Under the pieces are notes generated by a model. That model searched no databases and was not told where the DNA came from. It saw nothing but the letters and a program-made list of their open reading frames with translations. A DNA stretch of 64,000 nt from Octopus sinensis (Eukaryota), in contig NC_043008.1 of assembly GCF_006345805.1 (NCBI RefSeq), positions 42,284,001 through 42,348,000 on the forward strand, read 5' to 3'. The position numbers and the translations under genes were made by a program. This document shows positions 51,540 through 64,000 of the stretch, piece after piece (positions within the stretch are counted from its first letter, which is position 1; each line of letters starts with the position of its first letter).

Positions 51540-51699
51540 CGGCTGCTACTGCTGCTGCTGCTGCTGCTGCTGATGCTGATGCTGATCATAATGATTATAA
51601 TGATCATGACGATGATCATGATTATTGTCGTTGTCGTCGTCGATACAATCTTGTTCAAAGTCGTCGTCATCATCATCATCATCATCATCATCGTCGTCG

Positions 51700-51730
<31 letters not shown>

Positions 51731-51937
51731 TATCATCATCATCAAAATCATCATCATCATCACCGTCATCATCATCATGGGATATATATGTTGCTGCAGA
51801 TTGCCTTAAGTTCGCAGAAGACCAATAACAAGAACATTCCCCGTTCCTACCACCATCACTCTCTCCATCGTCAGAGTAATGACCAAAAATATAGGTCATT
51901 ACTGGTACATCCTATACCACTTCCTCTCCTTCTCCTT

Positions 51938-51980
<43 letters not shown>

Positions 51981-52344
51981 AAAGATCATCCGCACACACA
52001 CACACACAAAATGGAAGCTACTATCACAAAGAGCCTGAAATGTGTGCTGACTTATGCAAATATTCGTCTACTTTTCAAATTCCAAAATGGTGTTTTTCTG
52101 TTCTTTATGTATTTATTTATTTATATATATATTCATTTATTTATGTCTTTATTCTGTTTTAATTAAAATGTTTTCGCCATCATATTTTATTTATTTGTTT
52201 TGTCAGTATTTTTTGATATTCTCATTCTTGAAATTCCTGTCAAACACACCTGAAATTTTATTTAATTGCAAACTACACCCACCATCAGAAACTTGACTCG
52301 TGCAAAGGAAAATGAGAAAATTCTATCAAGAACAGAACAAATTC

Positions 52345-52407
<63 letters not shown>

Positions 52408-52459
52408 CAATAATAATAATAATGACAATAATAATAACAATAATAATAACAATAATAAC

Positions 52460-52530
<71 letters not shown>

Positions 52531-52615
52531 TAAAAATAATAATAATAATAATAATAATAACAATAATAATAAGAAGAAGAAGAAGAAGAAGAAGAACAAC
52601 AACAACAATTACGAT
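51540..52615. repeat. Cluster of trinucleotide repeats (CTG, CAT/GAT, CTA, AAT, AAG, AAC)
   Basis: Direct reading; source of the poly-I/L/Y/D/M ORFs. Confidence 0.9.
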
Positions 52616-53185
52616 GACGTCGATGTAATCGAATAAACACTCCATCTTCGATTAGCAAGTCTCGGAAAATTCTAATCACTGTTTGTCCCATGACAAACCA
52701 TCAGAGAATTATCATAATTTTTTGGTGTTTTGCTTGATGTCAGATTTTGTGTTGTTTATTTCGCACTTCATATATAATTTTGTTTTCTTTTGTCGAAAGT
52801 TCTAATAAATTGTCAGTTCTGTTCTACAATTCGAGTCGTATTTAGATTGTGGCTGTTTCGACTCCCACAATCGTGCATTCGTTACCCGATTTAACTGCGG
52901 CCATTTAACTGCGGCAGTTTCCTTTTCCTCTTCAAAGTTCTAGGTACTTGTATCGATCCGCAGGTATTTTGTGGAGCAGAAAGCCTGAAGAAGTAGTTAC
53001 TGGGGCATTATATTAAAGAATGAACGCCACAACTTCTCGTTTCTTTATTAGAATCGATCACTTTGGCTCTTCGCATATCTCTTTAGAGGGCTACCTGTGA
53101 TGCGATCAGTAACTTTTGAAGCACTCTTTTGCCCCCATCAGTAATAATTGTAGCAAATTTAGGCACAAGGCAAATGATTTCGTGC

Positions 53186-53570
53186 GAAGGGGTGAGACGA
53201 TCAAGTCGACCCCACGGGAGTAAAGGGGTGAGCCGATCAGGTCGAACCCACGAGTGAGAAGGGGTGAAACGATCACGCCCAACCCACGGGTGTGAAGGGG
53301 TGAGACCTTCAGGTCGATCCCACGGGAGTAAAGGAGTGAGCCGATCAGGTCGAACCCACGAGTGAGAAGGGGTGAAACGATCACGCCCACCCCACGGGTG
53401 TGAAGGGGTGAGACGTTCAGGTCGACCCCACGGGTGTGAAGGGGTGATATGATCAGGTCGAACCCACGAGTGTGAAGGTGTGAGACGTTCAGGTCGACCT
53501 CACGGGTGTGAAGGGGCGAGACCATCATGTCGGCCCTACGGATATGAAGGGGTGAGACGATCACGTCGAC
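53186..53570. repeat. 36-bp GC-rich minisatellite (~10.7 units) inside a minus-strand family A SINE
   Basis: Unit gaaggggtgagacgatcaggtcgaccccacgggtgt; SINE sequence continues on both sides (ggcacaagg before; tagtacttattttatcg...aaatttgaactcagaacg after). Confidence 0.9.
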
Positions 53571-55671
53571 TAGTACTTATTTTATCGAAACTGGAACGGG
53601 GAAAGGCAAAGACGGTCTCGGTGAAATTTGAACTCAGAACGTTAGAACAGACGAAATGCCACTAAGCTATCTGTCCGGTGTGCAAACGGTCAAGCCAGCT
53701 CGCCACCGTGACCACCACAAATAAAATCAGCAAAATAAAGCACAGAAACTAATTAACAGGAAAAGTTAATCAAATTGATTTTTATACAAATTTATCTTTT
53801 TATATTTTAAATTTTATTTGTTTTAGACATTAGATTGCGGTCACGCTGGAGCACCACCTTCAAAATATTTGTAGTCGAAAGAATCGATCCTAGTGTGGTT
53901 AGCAGTTTTTTACTTCAGGTAAACATGGTACTTACTCTTTCGGTTTTTTTTTGACAAGTTGCTAACTTACAGGGACGTGAATACGCCAATACCGATTGTA
54001 TATATATGTATGTATATATATATATATATATACATACATACATAAATACTCGAATGCATGCATGCATACGATTCTGTTATATGTATGTCATTCTGGTGGA
54101 AAGTCTGAATACAAATTAGAAATTTACTATTTACTGTTTTTGTAAATATATTTTGTCATAAATGATAAGGTTAATTACTACTAGATATTTAGAACTAGCA
54201 AAACTAATTAACGTACCAAACGTAAAAATGATAAACGAATAATTAAATATTATGCCATCGTTTCATAGATTCGATCTGTCTGACTCTGCCACGTACATTG
54301 GTATTTTATACTTTCACGAAATTATCGTCTGAAAAAAAAAGAAAAAGAAAAAGAAAAACGTGGCTGACATAGTTGCTTCACATAGCAACGGACGTACATA
54401 CAGGAAATTATCGACTCAGCAAAATCTGTAATTTAATACCGAGCAAAACCTTTGTCTGAAAAGCATCTGAAAACTTGAGGATGCAAATTAGAGATTATGT
54501 AGGCATTGTGCCATAGTTCTATAAAGTGGTCGTATGAATCTGTGTCATCGTTTTGTCTTATGGTTCGGTATTGTATCCCTCTTTGCCTATGGCAGTACCA
54601 TACAAAAACATATCGAGATGGTAAATTGCAGCTCTAGAATCATAAGATCTCGAATCGGAGGTGAAAAGAAAAGGGTCACACTGGATGAGATGTTCTCAAC
54701 TAGCTTTTGCCTTTCGGTCGCTTTGGTTCCTAATTTACGCCACTGGGCCTGCAGAGACATTCACTGTATATAAAAGAAGTCTTGCTATATTTTTATAATC
54801 AATTATGATTAAGAATTGTATAAAAAATGTATTAGAATATTTTGTGTATTGGAGAAGAATGACTGATGTTTAAGAATAAAATCTTGTATGAATCTCTAAG
54901 GGTCACGTGAGCCTCAACTGAGAACCACTGCATTAGGTACAAGAGGGTTAATGAAACAAGAACAATACAAGATGAAACAGCAAGTATCGTCGGCCATTTG
55001 AATTTATGTTGAATGATGAAACGTCCTTGAGTAAGCACCACTCGATGAATTTTCAGGCTCAATCCCATGTATCCACTTATACGCTTTCGAAAGTTAAGTT
55101 ACTCCCGTGCATTATAAAATAGTCATTAGTGCACATGTTGAAGGATTGGTACTTGGTCCGTGGATCTAATCTAACTATAAACTCTAAAACCGCTCTCAAT
55201 ATTTTGAAGATATTTTTTGTTGGTAAGGCCGTCCATTGCTGACCTATATTTCAATAGTTTGCTGCGTTCTGAAGTTATACAAAACGCAAGAAAGATAGGA
55301 TTGGACCTAATGATAGTTCTACAGCGAGGAAATTACTTAGAACACAGAAACATATTTTAAGCTGATAAATAAAGAGAAAGCATGGAACGTACAAAATAGA
55401 AAATTGAAACCTATAAAGTTAAGGTAATATTGGATTTGCAATAGAAGATACTATGGCTTTGGACACACGAGATAACACAATATTATTGCATATATGTCTG
55501 TGGTTATATGCGTGCAAACGCGTATGCATGGGCATACACACAATCATGCACACTCGCATACACGCACACACATACAAACACCTATAAGTACATCTGTATG
55601 TGAGCGCGCGCGTGTTTGTGTGTGTGCATGTCTGTGTATACATTTATTTCTATATATGGATATACATATGC

Positions 55672-55725
<54 letters not shown>

Positions 55726-55730
55726 GATAT

Positions 55731-55792
<62 letters not shown>

Positions 55793-56535
55793 GTTGTAGT
55801 CAAGTGACATTACAGAGAAAACACATTTCAACTAATGCGATGTATGTCTTAGATTTCTATGTACGCATTTAAATTTCAAATGACATCTAGTGCAAATACA
55901 AGAAACCCAAGTAGAATGAAATGCAATGCTCTGTTATCGCATCTCCCGACACTCCAACATATTTCTATGCTTCTTACCTTGGCATTTTGGGTTGTATATT
56001 CATACCTCCTGCAAAAGTAATGATAAGTGATGCATTATTTTCACTATACGTATAATGCTGTGGAACAATAAAGTTCCTGGTCTGCTTAATAGAACAAAGT
56101 TATTTTTACGAGTCAATTTCACTTTGAAAGGCGATTTTAATGTAGTATATTTATTCTCTCTTTGTCGAAGCCCCTGAGATTCCATCTCAGAGCTCTGGAA
56201 CGCGGAGGCCAACATTTCTGAATCCACACACTATCCCAATTAGAACCCACATTACTTCCAGTTAATTTCACAATATTTCAACAATCTTCCTATTAAGACA
56301 AAATTGATAATCTTTTATTGGAGTTGATGCGTTTTAGTGATTTTGTGTTATTCTTTATAAGTTAATGCCCAGTCGAACTCTAAAAGATTTTCTAGTCATT
56401 CTGACTTACGAAGGAGTCGTAGACGTCATTTTAAACTAATTAGATTCGATATTTTTGACGGGACTTTAGGTACACAGTTAATTACGGCGAGTTGCCAACA
56501 AGCAATACTCAGGCTGTTTCCTATTAGTCCTTTGT

Positions 56536-56903
56536 AGAGAAGCAATGACACAATGGTTGCGGCAGCGGACTCCCGGTTTCGATTTTCAGACCGAGCGTTG
56601 TGAGATTGCATTGAGTGAAAACACCAAAAGCTCCACGATGTTCCGGCAGGGGATTGTGGCAAACTCTGCTGTACTCTTTCACCACAAATTTCTCTCACTC
56701 TTTCTTCCTGTTTCTGTTGTACCTGTATTTCAAAGGGGCCAGCCTTGTCACACACTGTGTCACGCTGATTCTACCCGAGAACTACGTTAAGGATACACGT
56801 GTCTGCGGAGTGCTCAACCACTTGCACGTTAATTTCACGAGCAGGCTGCACCATTGATCGGATCAACTGGAACCCTCGTCGTTGTAACCGACGGAGTGCC
56901 ACG
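56536..56903 (+). mobile_element. SINE family B2
   Basis: cagaccgagcgttgtgagattgcattgagtgaaaacacc body and cccgagaactacgttaagg...accgacggagtgcca tail, matching 10053-10366. Confidence 0.85.
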
Positions 56904-57164
56904 ATTAATCCTTTACCATTTTCTTCCGTTATTGACAAATTGTCCTGTGTCTTCACAAAGGAAAACAAAACCTAATCTTTCGAAATATAATCACATACTT
57001 GATCCTTTCTCCTCCATCTCTCGTTGCTCATCAAATATTTATACAGATTTGTTAATATTTTCCCTTAATTGTTTGGCATTGTTAATGAATTCTAATTACA
57101 GCAAAAACAATAACAACAGCAAAATTAACAAAATAAAACAAAAAGTAGTGGTAATCCTTTCTAC

Positions 57165-57720
57165 TCTAGAGACAATGACTGATATTTGGGGGAGGGGAGG
57201 GGTTACAAGGACTCCAGTGCTCCACTGGTATTCATTTTATCGATCCTGAAAGGATGAAAGGGAAAGTCAATCTCGGCGGAATTTCCACTCAGAACGTAAA
57301 GGCGAAAGAAATACCGCTAGGTGAACCGGCAGAAACGTTAGCACGCCGGGCGAAATGATAAGTGATATTTCGTCTGCCGCTGCCTTCTGAGTTCAAATTC
57401 CGCCGAGGTCGACTTTGCCTTTCATCATTTCGGGGTCGATAAATTAAGTACCCGTTACGCACTGGAGTCGATGTAATCGACTTAATCCGTTTGTCTGTCC
57501 TTGTTTGTCCTCTCTGTGGATAGTAAAGAAATAGATATTTCGTCTGTCTTTACGTTCTGAGTTCAAATTCCACCGAGATCGACTTTGCCTTTCATCATTT
57601 CGGGGTCGATAAATTAAGTACCAGTTACGCATTGGGGTTGCTTTAATCGACTTAATCCGTTTGTCTGTCTTGTTTGTCCCGTCTATGTTTAGCCCCTTGT
57701 GGGCAATAAATAAATAAGAA
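57165..57720. mobile_element. Family A SINE cluster: minus fragment (57165-57320) plus plus-strand dimer (57325-57720)
   Basis: Family A consensus on both strands; dimer junction gtaaagaaatagatatttcgtctg. Confidence 0.85.
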
Positions 57721-58402
57721 GTCCCTTGGTATTTTGTCTACTGAGCCGCAAAGACTTTTTGAGTCTACGTCCATGGGTAAGGTAGAGTTAAACATCACTA
57801 TCATCATCGTCATCATCCTCATCCTCATAGACGTCATCATCATTTTTAACGATAACAACAATAACTTTATCACTATCATCTTCAACAACAAGGTCAACAA
57901 GGTTATCAGCATGGAAAAAAAATCAGTCGAGCTATAACGTTAAGAAATTATAATTAAATGTAAATTATATGATTAAAAAACAAAAAAAGTAATTTTAATT
58001 TTATCAAGATTGATTAAAACAATAAAAAAACATAATTCCTTCACAACCAACCATCTAAGTAAGGAGAATTGATACACAAGATTGCTTGTTGAGCGCTCTA
58101 CCGCTTTAAATACGATTATTATGAAAGTGGAAACAATATTTGTCAACGTTAATGAATAAGATTTCAATAAAGTATGTCTTATCATTAATTTCTTATCAAT
58201 ATATATTTAATTTTGAACAAGTTATTATAACGATTTCTATTGATTGTTTACCGTTTTTGTTTCACACAGTCAATGACTCTCTTTCAGGCTGTGAATGATA
58301 ACATACGAACGAATGAATAAAAAAAGAAAGAAATCATAAATTCTTTCCTGTCAGTATTTTTTTCTATTAGAGTTCCAACTATTTTAAATTCTTTTTTGCG
58401 TT

Positions 58403-58432
58403 CATGATGATGATGACGATGATAATGATGAC

Positions 58433-58481
<49 letters not shown>

Positions 58482-58486
58482 TGATA

Positions 58487-58534
<48 letters not shown>

Positions 58535-58569
58535 TAATAATAATGATAATAATGATAATGATAATGATA

Positions 58570-58601
<32 letters not shown>

Positions 58602-58615
58602 TAATAATAATGATA

Positions 58616-58652
<37 letters not shown>

Positions 58653-58698
58653 TAATAATGATGATGATGATAATGAAAATTATAACAATAATAATAAA

Positions 58699-58731
<33 letters not shown>

Positions 58732-58766
58732 CATCATCATCATCATTATTATTATTATTATTATTA

Positions 58767-58829
<63 letters not shown>

Positions 58830-58830
58830 G
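58403..58830. repeat. (AAT/GAT)n tract followed by inverted (ATT/ATC)n tract
   Basis: Direct reading; strand switch near 58698. Confidence 0.9.
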
Positions 58831-59444
58831 TATGTATCTTTTTATCATTCCTTGATTATTTCTAAACTATTTCGTATGCAAAACCAGGCATGCAATCTAT
58901 TTTGAAAATAATATGCATAATGGCAAAAACAAAACAAAAAAAAACGAAACTAAACTAACGCAGAATGCTCTTTACGTTTTCTTCATTTTCTCTCTCGTTT
59001 TTTTTTTCTACTCTGGATATTCATTTTAGAATATTAAATCAATCTCGAAATTCGTTTGTTTTGCCCATCTTTATGTGTTTACTTTTATCCGTGTGATGCT
59101 TTCAGTTGAAGCTTTTATTCCTTTTTTAAAGTTCGATAAAAATTTATTTACGTTTTGTCTTCAAACATTTCGAGTATTGACAATAATGATGGCTCACCAT
59201 AAAGTCCGGGAAAATTTCTAAAGAAGTTTGTATATTTATCAGAGAGTTTTTAACTATTTTATAAAGTAATTACTTTCTCTAATAATCTGCTGCTTTATAT
59301 TTCAATATCCGAAGCTCAATTCCTATATCACACATCTATATCGAATTCTTGCATAACATTTTCTAATAGCTTTCGCCTGGGGACAACAAACCTTACATAA
59401 CTTAACAGCAGATGTGTCTACAATCGATATATAAGTCACTCGAA

Positions 59445-59935
59445 GGTGGCGAGCTGGCAGAATCGTTAGAATGCCGGGCGAAATGCTTAGCGGTATTTCG
59501 TCTGCGTTACGTTCTGAGTTCAAATTCCGCCGAGGTCGACTTTGCCTTTCATCATTTCGGGGTCGATAAATTAAGTACCAGTTACGCACTGGGGTCGATG
59601 TAATCGACTTAATACCTATGTCTGTCCTTGTTTGTCCCCTCTCTGTTTAGCCTCTTGTGATTAATAAAGAAATTGGTATTTCGTTTGTCGTTACGGTCTG
59701 CGTTCAAATTCCGCCGAGGTAGACTTTGCCTTTCATCCTTTCGGGGTCGAATCGTTAGCACGCCGGGCGAAATGCATAGCGGTATTTCGTTTGTCGTTAC
59801 GTTCTGCGTTCAAATTCCTCCGATGTAGACTTTGCCTTTCATCCTTTCGGGGTCGATGTAATCGACTTAATCCCTTTGTCTGTCCTTGTTTGTCCCTTCT
59901 ATGTTTAGCCCCTTGTGGACAATAAAGAAATACAT
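59445..59935 (+). mobile_element. Family A SINE concatemer (three partial bodies)
   Basis: ggtggcgagctggcagaatcgttag head, then gttcaaattcc...gactttgcctttcatcc repeated three times. Confidence 0.85.
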
Positions 59936-60659
59936 ATAAGTCACACGACCTGCTAGATGTAGCAACAACATCCCTCTAACGCATGCATTGGCGTCTTTAA
60001 ATTGCAAGTTCACATTGAATATTGTAGATTCCGAGATACAAGTTTTCTAATGGAAGACGCAACCAGTGCAATACTGTTAATTATGAGCGTGTTTGATGGA
60101 AGCTGGCCACCGGTTACCGGCGTCAGTAAATTCTGACCCATGCCTATTGATAGCTGAATCTTTATTTCTACAAGAACTTATAGCTTTTAGTGAAATTCTA
60201 ATTCTAATCCCCCTCTGGGTTAAATTGTAGTTTACTCCTCGTGTGTGAAGGTTACAAAAGCAAATCAAATACCGGTGTAGATATAATTAACTGTACCCTC
60301 CTGAGACTGAGGCTTGACACCAGCTAGAAGTCATGATTATATGGTGTGTAAATTCCTATGTTTCTTAATACAAAGCCGCATCACATTTTAGAGGAAAATA
60401 GATTTATTTGTGGCAGATGGGACACCAGTAGAAATGTATAATTTTCTCTGAAATTAACGTCCTTTTATTTCAGAATCACCAATAAATTTCTCTTGGGTTT
60501 TGGTTTCCATTTTCAACAAAGAGATTTATTTCAGTTTATTAAAATACATTTGCGTTCAGCAATATGTACAACATCATTTACTTCCGCCATCCCCAATTTT
60601 TATGTCTGCTAAAATTGTAGTTTGCCTTTATCCGACTTAATTACAATATTTTCAATAAA

Positions 60660-60880
60660 TGAAGGCAGTGCACTGTCCGAAACGTTAGTACGCCGGGCGA
60701 AATACTTGGTGGTATTTCATCTCTCATTATGATCTGAGCTCAAATTCCGCCGAGGTCGACTTTGCCTTTTATCCTTTCGGGGTTGATAAATTAAGTTCCA
60801 GTTGCGTACTAGGGTCGATTTAATCGACTGGTCCCCTCCCACCAAATTTGGGCCTTGTGCCTAGATTAGAAAAGAATATT
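60660..60880 (+). mobile_element. Family A SINE variant
   Basis: gaaacgttagtacgccgggcgaaat...ctcaaattccgccgaggtcgactttgcc...ccaaatttgggccttgtgcc tail. Confidence 0.8.
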
Positions 60881-61169
60881 TTCAATAAATATAAAACCTT
60901 ATTTTCCTTATTTTTTGTTAGAAAGGTAAAGTGAATATCAAACACGTTATGCGTCTTAATGACAGAGACGAGATAACGTAAAACGTAACATGGTGTTACT
61001 CGAAGCAGAAATCACAGCAGTCCCGAGGAAACAGCACACCATACTCTTGAAACGGCTGCAAACATGTAGACTTTAAATTGTTATATATTTTAAAAAGATA
61101 GAATCAGAATCAGGTGAGAATTTAGGTTCCCTTGCGTAGGAACATCTTGAATGAAATAATGATATTCTA

Positions 61170-61250
61170 AAAGAGTATAGAACTGACTGGAGGACACTGA
61201 TCCATGGAGTAACCGAGAGCCGACTTCGACTGAGCGGATAGATAGGGATA
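61170..61250 (+). mobile_element. RTE/BovB-like LINE extreme 3' end
   Basis: DWRTLIHGVTESRLRLSG* resembles the RTE C-terminus WRAAVHGV.KSRTRLSD*, followed by ATAG repeats. Confidence 0.55.
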
Positions 61251-61843
61251 GAAAAGAGTACAGCAGAATTAGGTGTTTGATATTTAGCACTGATGACTCT
61301 CAACTGAAACCTACTACACATATTTAATTATCTTGTCTGGGTAAGGGACCCTATTCCATATGTTTCATTCTAGATTCTTCTTTGGAATGTAACAGGAATC
61401 GCCATCTTTGTTATACTGACTGAAGGAGACAGTTTCCTTCTTCGAGAGAAAGAGTTTTATCCCACTGATCCGATTACCCGTAATAATCTCTTTATAAGTG
61501 CTATACAACAGATTACACTTTACGTTTATGAAGGAATCACAAAATTCGTGAAAATATATTACGATATTGAGATAATAATTGAAGTGCTTACCAGCTGCAA
61601 CAAGAATATTACAGGTTCACGCAAAACTGGAATGGAACCACTCGTAAAAGTTGCGTGATGATTTTTATTCCTTCTGCTTAAATTGTTTCTTCACACGTCA
61701 GCAAACTTGCGTACATGGGAATCTGTCTGCTGGAAAATTTGGTTAATGTTGATACACTACTCTAGATGTGAGGTAGCTAGCACCATTACATTTCACCGTT
61801 TCTCTAATACTTAGGTTTATTTATTTATTTACTTGTATATATA

Positions 61844-61905
<62 letters not shown>

Positions 61906-62349
61906 GTCTTATTCTGCTTATATGGCTTATTCTGCTTGATCGAATTCCGAATCCATGTGTTAACATGGTGGGATAATGGGTCCTCCTATTCTTTCTATCA
62001 GATCGGAGTTCTCGGTTCATTTTAAAATATTTTCCCTTGTGTCTTTACTCTAAGTATTTCCACTGACATAAATTCTTTTAATATAATAACTTGTTTCCTC
62101 TTACTGCTACCCACTGTAACTCACAGCCGTCGTCTTCCTTTGATCCGTTAAATTTTCTCTTTTTGAGCTTTTATAAGCCCACTTTTTTAATTCCTTTTTT
62201 GTAGCCTTTTGCTCTATAGGAGCCATCGAGATTTGTTTGAAACAAGAGCAAAATCAGTTAACAAAAATGGTTGGTAAGCTCAAGGAAGCAAGATAACTAG
62301 AGATGAATAATGGAAAATCCTATGTGGAAGTGGTGAACATTTCCTGGCT

Positions 62350-62540
62350 TTATGGGTGTCGCGAAAAGCGTGGCTGGAGGCTCAAATTTCCGAGTTCTTT
62401 AACAGGGCTTAGAAAAACTGAAGGACTGCTGCAATATGGGTGTGGATCTGAAAGGAGAATATGTCGAATAAAATCATTATTAACAGATTTTCCTGCATTT
62501 TCTTTTAACCAAACCAGGGACTTTTCAGCACCCCTTCGTA
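62350..62540 (+). pseudogene. Mariner transposase C-terminus and 3' TIR relic
   Basis: QGLEKLKDCCNMGVDLKGEYVE* matches the mariner GI.KL..RW.KC....G.YVE* end; then ccagggacttttcagcaccccttcgTA. Confidence 0.7.
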
Positions 62541-63121
62541 AACAGTCGTGCACAAGTAATATAAACTCTCCTGCCAAAAAAAAAAAAGAGGAATTTAAAA
62601 TTTCAAACAGAATTCTTCATCAACGAGTGATTCAAATATTCCTCATAACATTCAGATTCGCTTCAGTAAAAACATTTTTCCCGAAACATTAATTTCCCGA
62701 TCTTCATGGTAGTGAAATAGTTTGTGTTTGTAAACAGTTTGAATCACCTCAGGGTATGTATTCATGCCGTAGGTTGTTCGTAACACCAGGATTCGAACTT
62801 ATAACCTTGGAGTAAGAAGATCAATCATTAGGCAAGTGAGTGATTAAAAATTAATATTAAGCTCATTGTTATTAGTGCAAGACTCGATGCTCTGTGAGGA
62901 ATATCGTTATTACATCAGCTCCTATTCCCAATAATAAGATTTAAAAGCCATTAATTTCCTGACAGCCATTCCATTAGTATCTTTCAGATTCTTACACCAA
63001 AGTATCACTTCTCAGTCAACACTCGATGCCCTCTTTCTTTTGCTTTCCCTCCATTAATCTCTCCATTCTCATATATAAATGCGTGTGTAGGTGCATATGT
63101 ATATGTGTATGTATGTATATA

Positions 63122-63154
<33 letters not shown>

Positions 63155-63631
63155 GTGTGTACGTATATTTATATATATATATACGCTATATATACACTAC
63201 ATACACTATATATATATATACATATATATATATAGTGTATGTACGTATGTATACATATATATAGGTATTTATATATATATATATATATATAATATATATA
63301 GGTATATTTATATTTATATATATATGCATGTATATCTATCTATCTATCTTTACCTCTAACTATCTCACTCTCTCCTTTTCATAACTCTGTCCATATATAC
63401 ACAAATAATACACACACATATGTATATGTATATACAATATATGACCTGTATACATGCCCACACACGTTCCTATCCAGCTATGATTGGACAGGCATATATA
63501 CTTCCTTAGACATGTACGTATGTGACATGCGCACACACATAAACACACACACATACACACACAAACACACACACACATATATATATATATACTCAAATGC
63601 ATAAATTCTAACATGTATACATACATGCATA

Positions 63632-63715
<84 letters not shown>

Positions 63716-63941
63716 GAGGGAGAGAGTGAGAGAGATACATACATACGTACATGCGTACATTCATACAGATAGAAAGACAGACAGGCAGACATAAAGAAAC
63801 TGAGAGAGGGAAACAGATTTCGAGCGTGTGAATACGTATATATTTGACTATACGGTGGTCAGCTACGCATTTTCTTAAGTGAATATTCACAATTTCACTT
63901 CTAATGCGGATAATACATAACACTTATAGGGAGAGCTTTTA

Positions 63942-63989
<48 letters not shown>

Positions 63990-64000
63990 TCTCTATCTCT

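Noticed and set aside
53106-53570. 36-bp repeats as a CRISPR array or a repeat-protein gene
   Set aside because: The units are contiguous with no unique spacers, the context is eukaryotic, and the array is embedded in and derived from a SINE.
61285-61320. CTGATGA-ctctcaact-GAAA
   Set aside because: No stem II pairing and no stem I or III.

Overview
AT-rich, microsatellite-saturated animal DNA. The SINE, microsatellite and transposon landscape resembles an octopus/coleoid cephalopod genome (inference). No intact, recognisable host gene is visible, and nearly all long ORFs in the track are translated microsatellites. The window is dominated by at least four tRNA-derived SINE families (often as head-to-tail concatemers), decayed Tc1/mariner transposase relics (7.0, 26.8, 29.4-30.6, 43, 62.4 kb), LINE remnants (CR1-like, R4/Dong-like RT, an RLE endonuclease C-terminus, an RTE tail, a Penelope-like YRDDGL RT), a non-autonomous Helitron, several MITE/foldback elements and a 1.17-kb TTAA-flanked TIR element. 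The most striking structure is an 890-bp element (13101-13990) made of two apparently identical 265-bp inverted arms. Each arm carries a complete type I hammerhead ribozyme core with an unusually long stem II, and the arms flank a spacer that is itself a diverged tandem duplication. Further hammerhead-like motifs of other families lie at 12.86, 35.3 and possibly 38.3 kb, all next to (TA)n tracts. A strong RFX X-box with a coherent downstream splice pattern at 31.3-31.95 kb (minus) is the best hint of a host gene start. All coordinates and alignments were done by eye.
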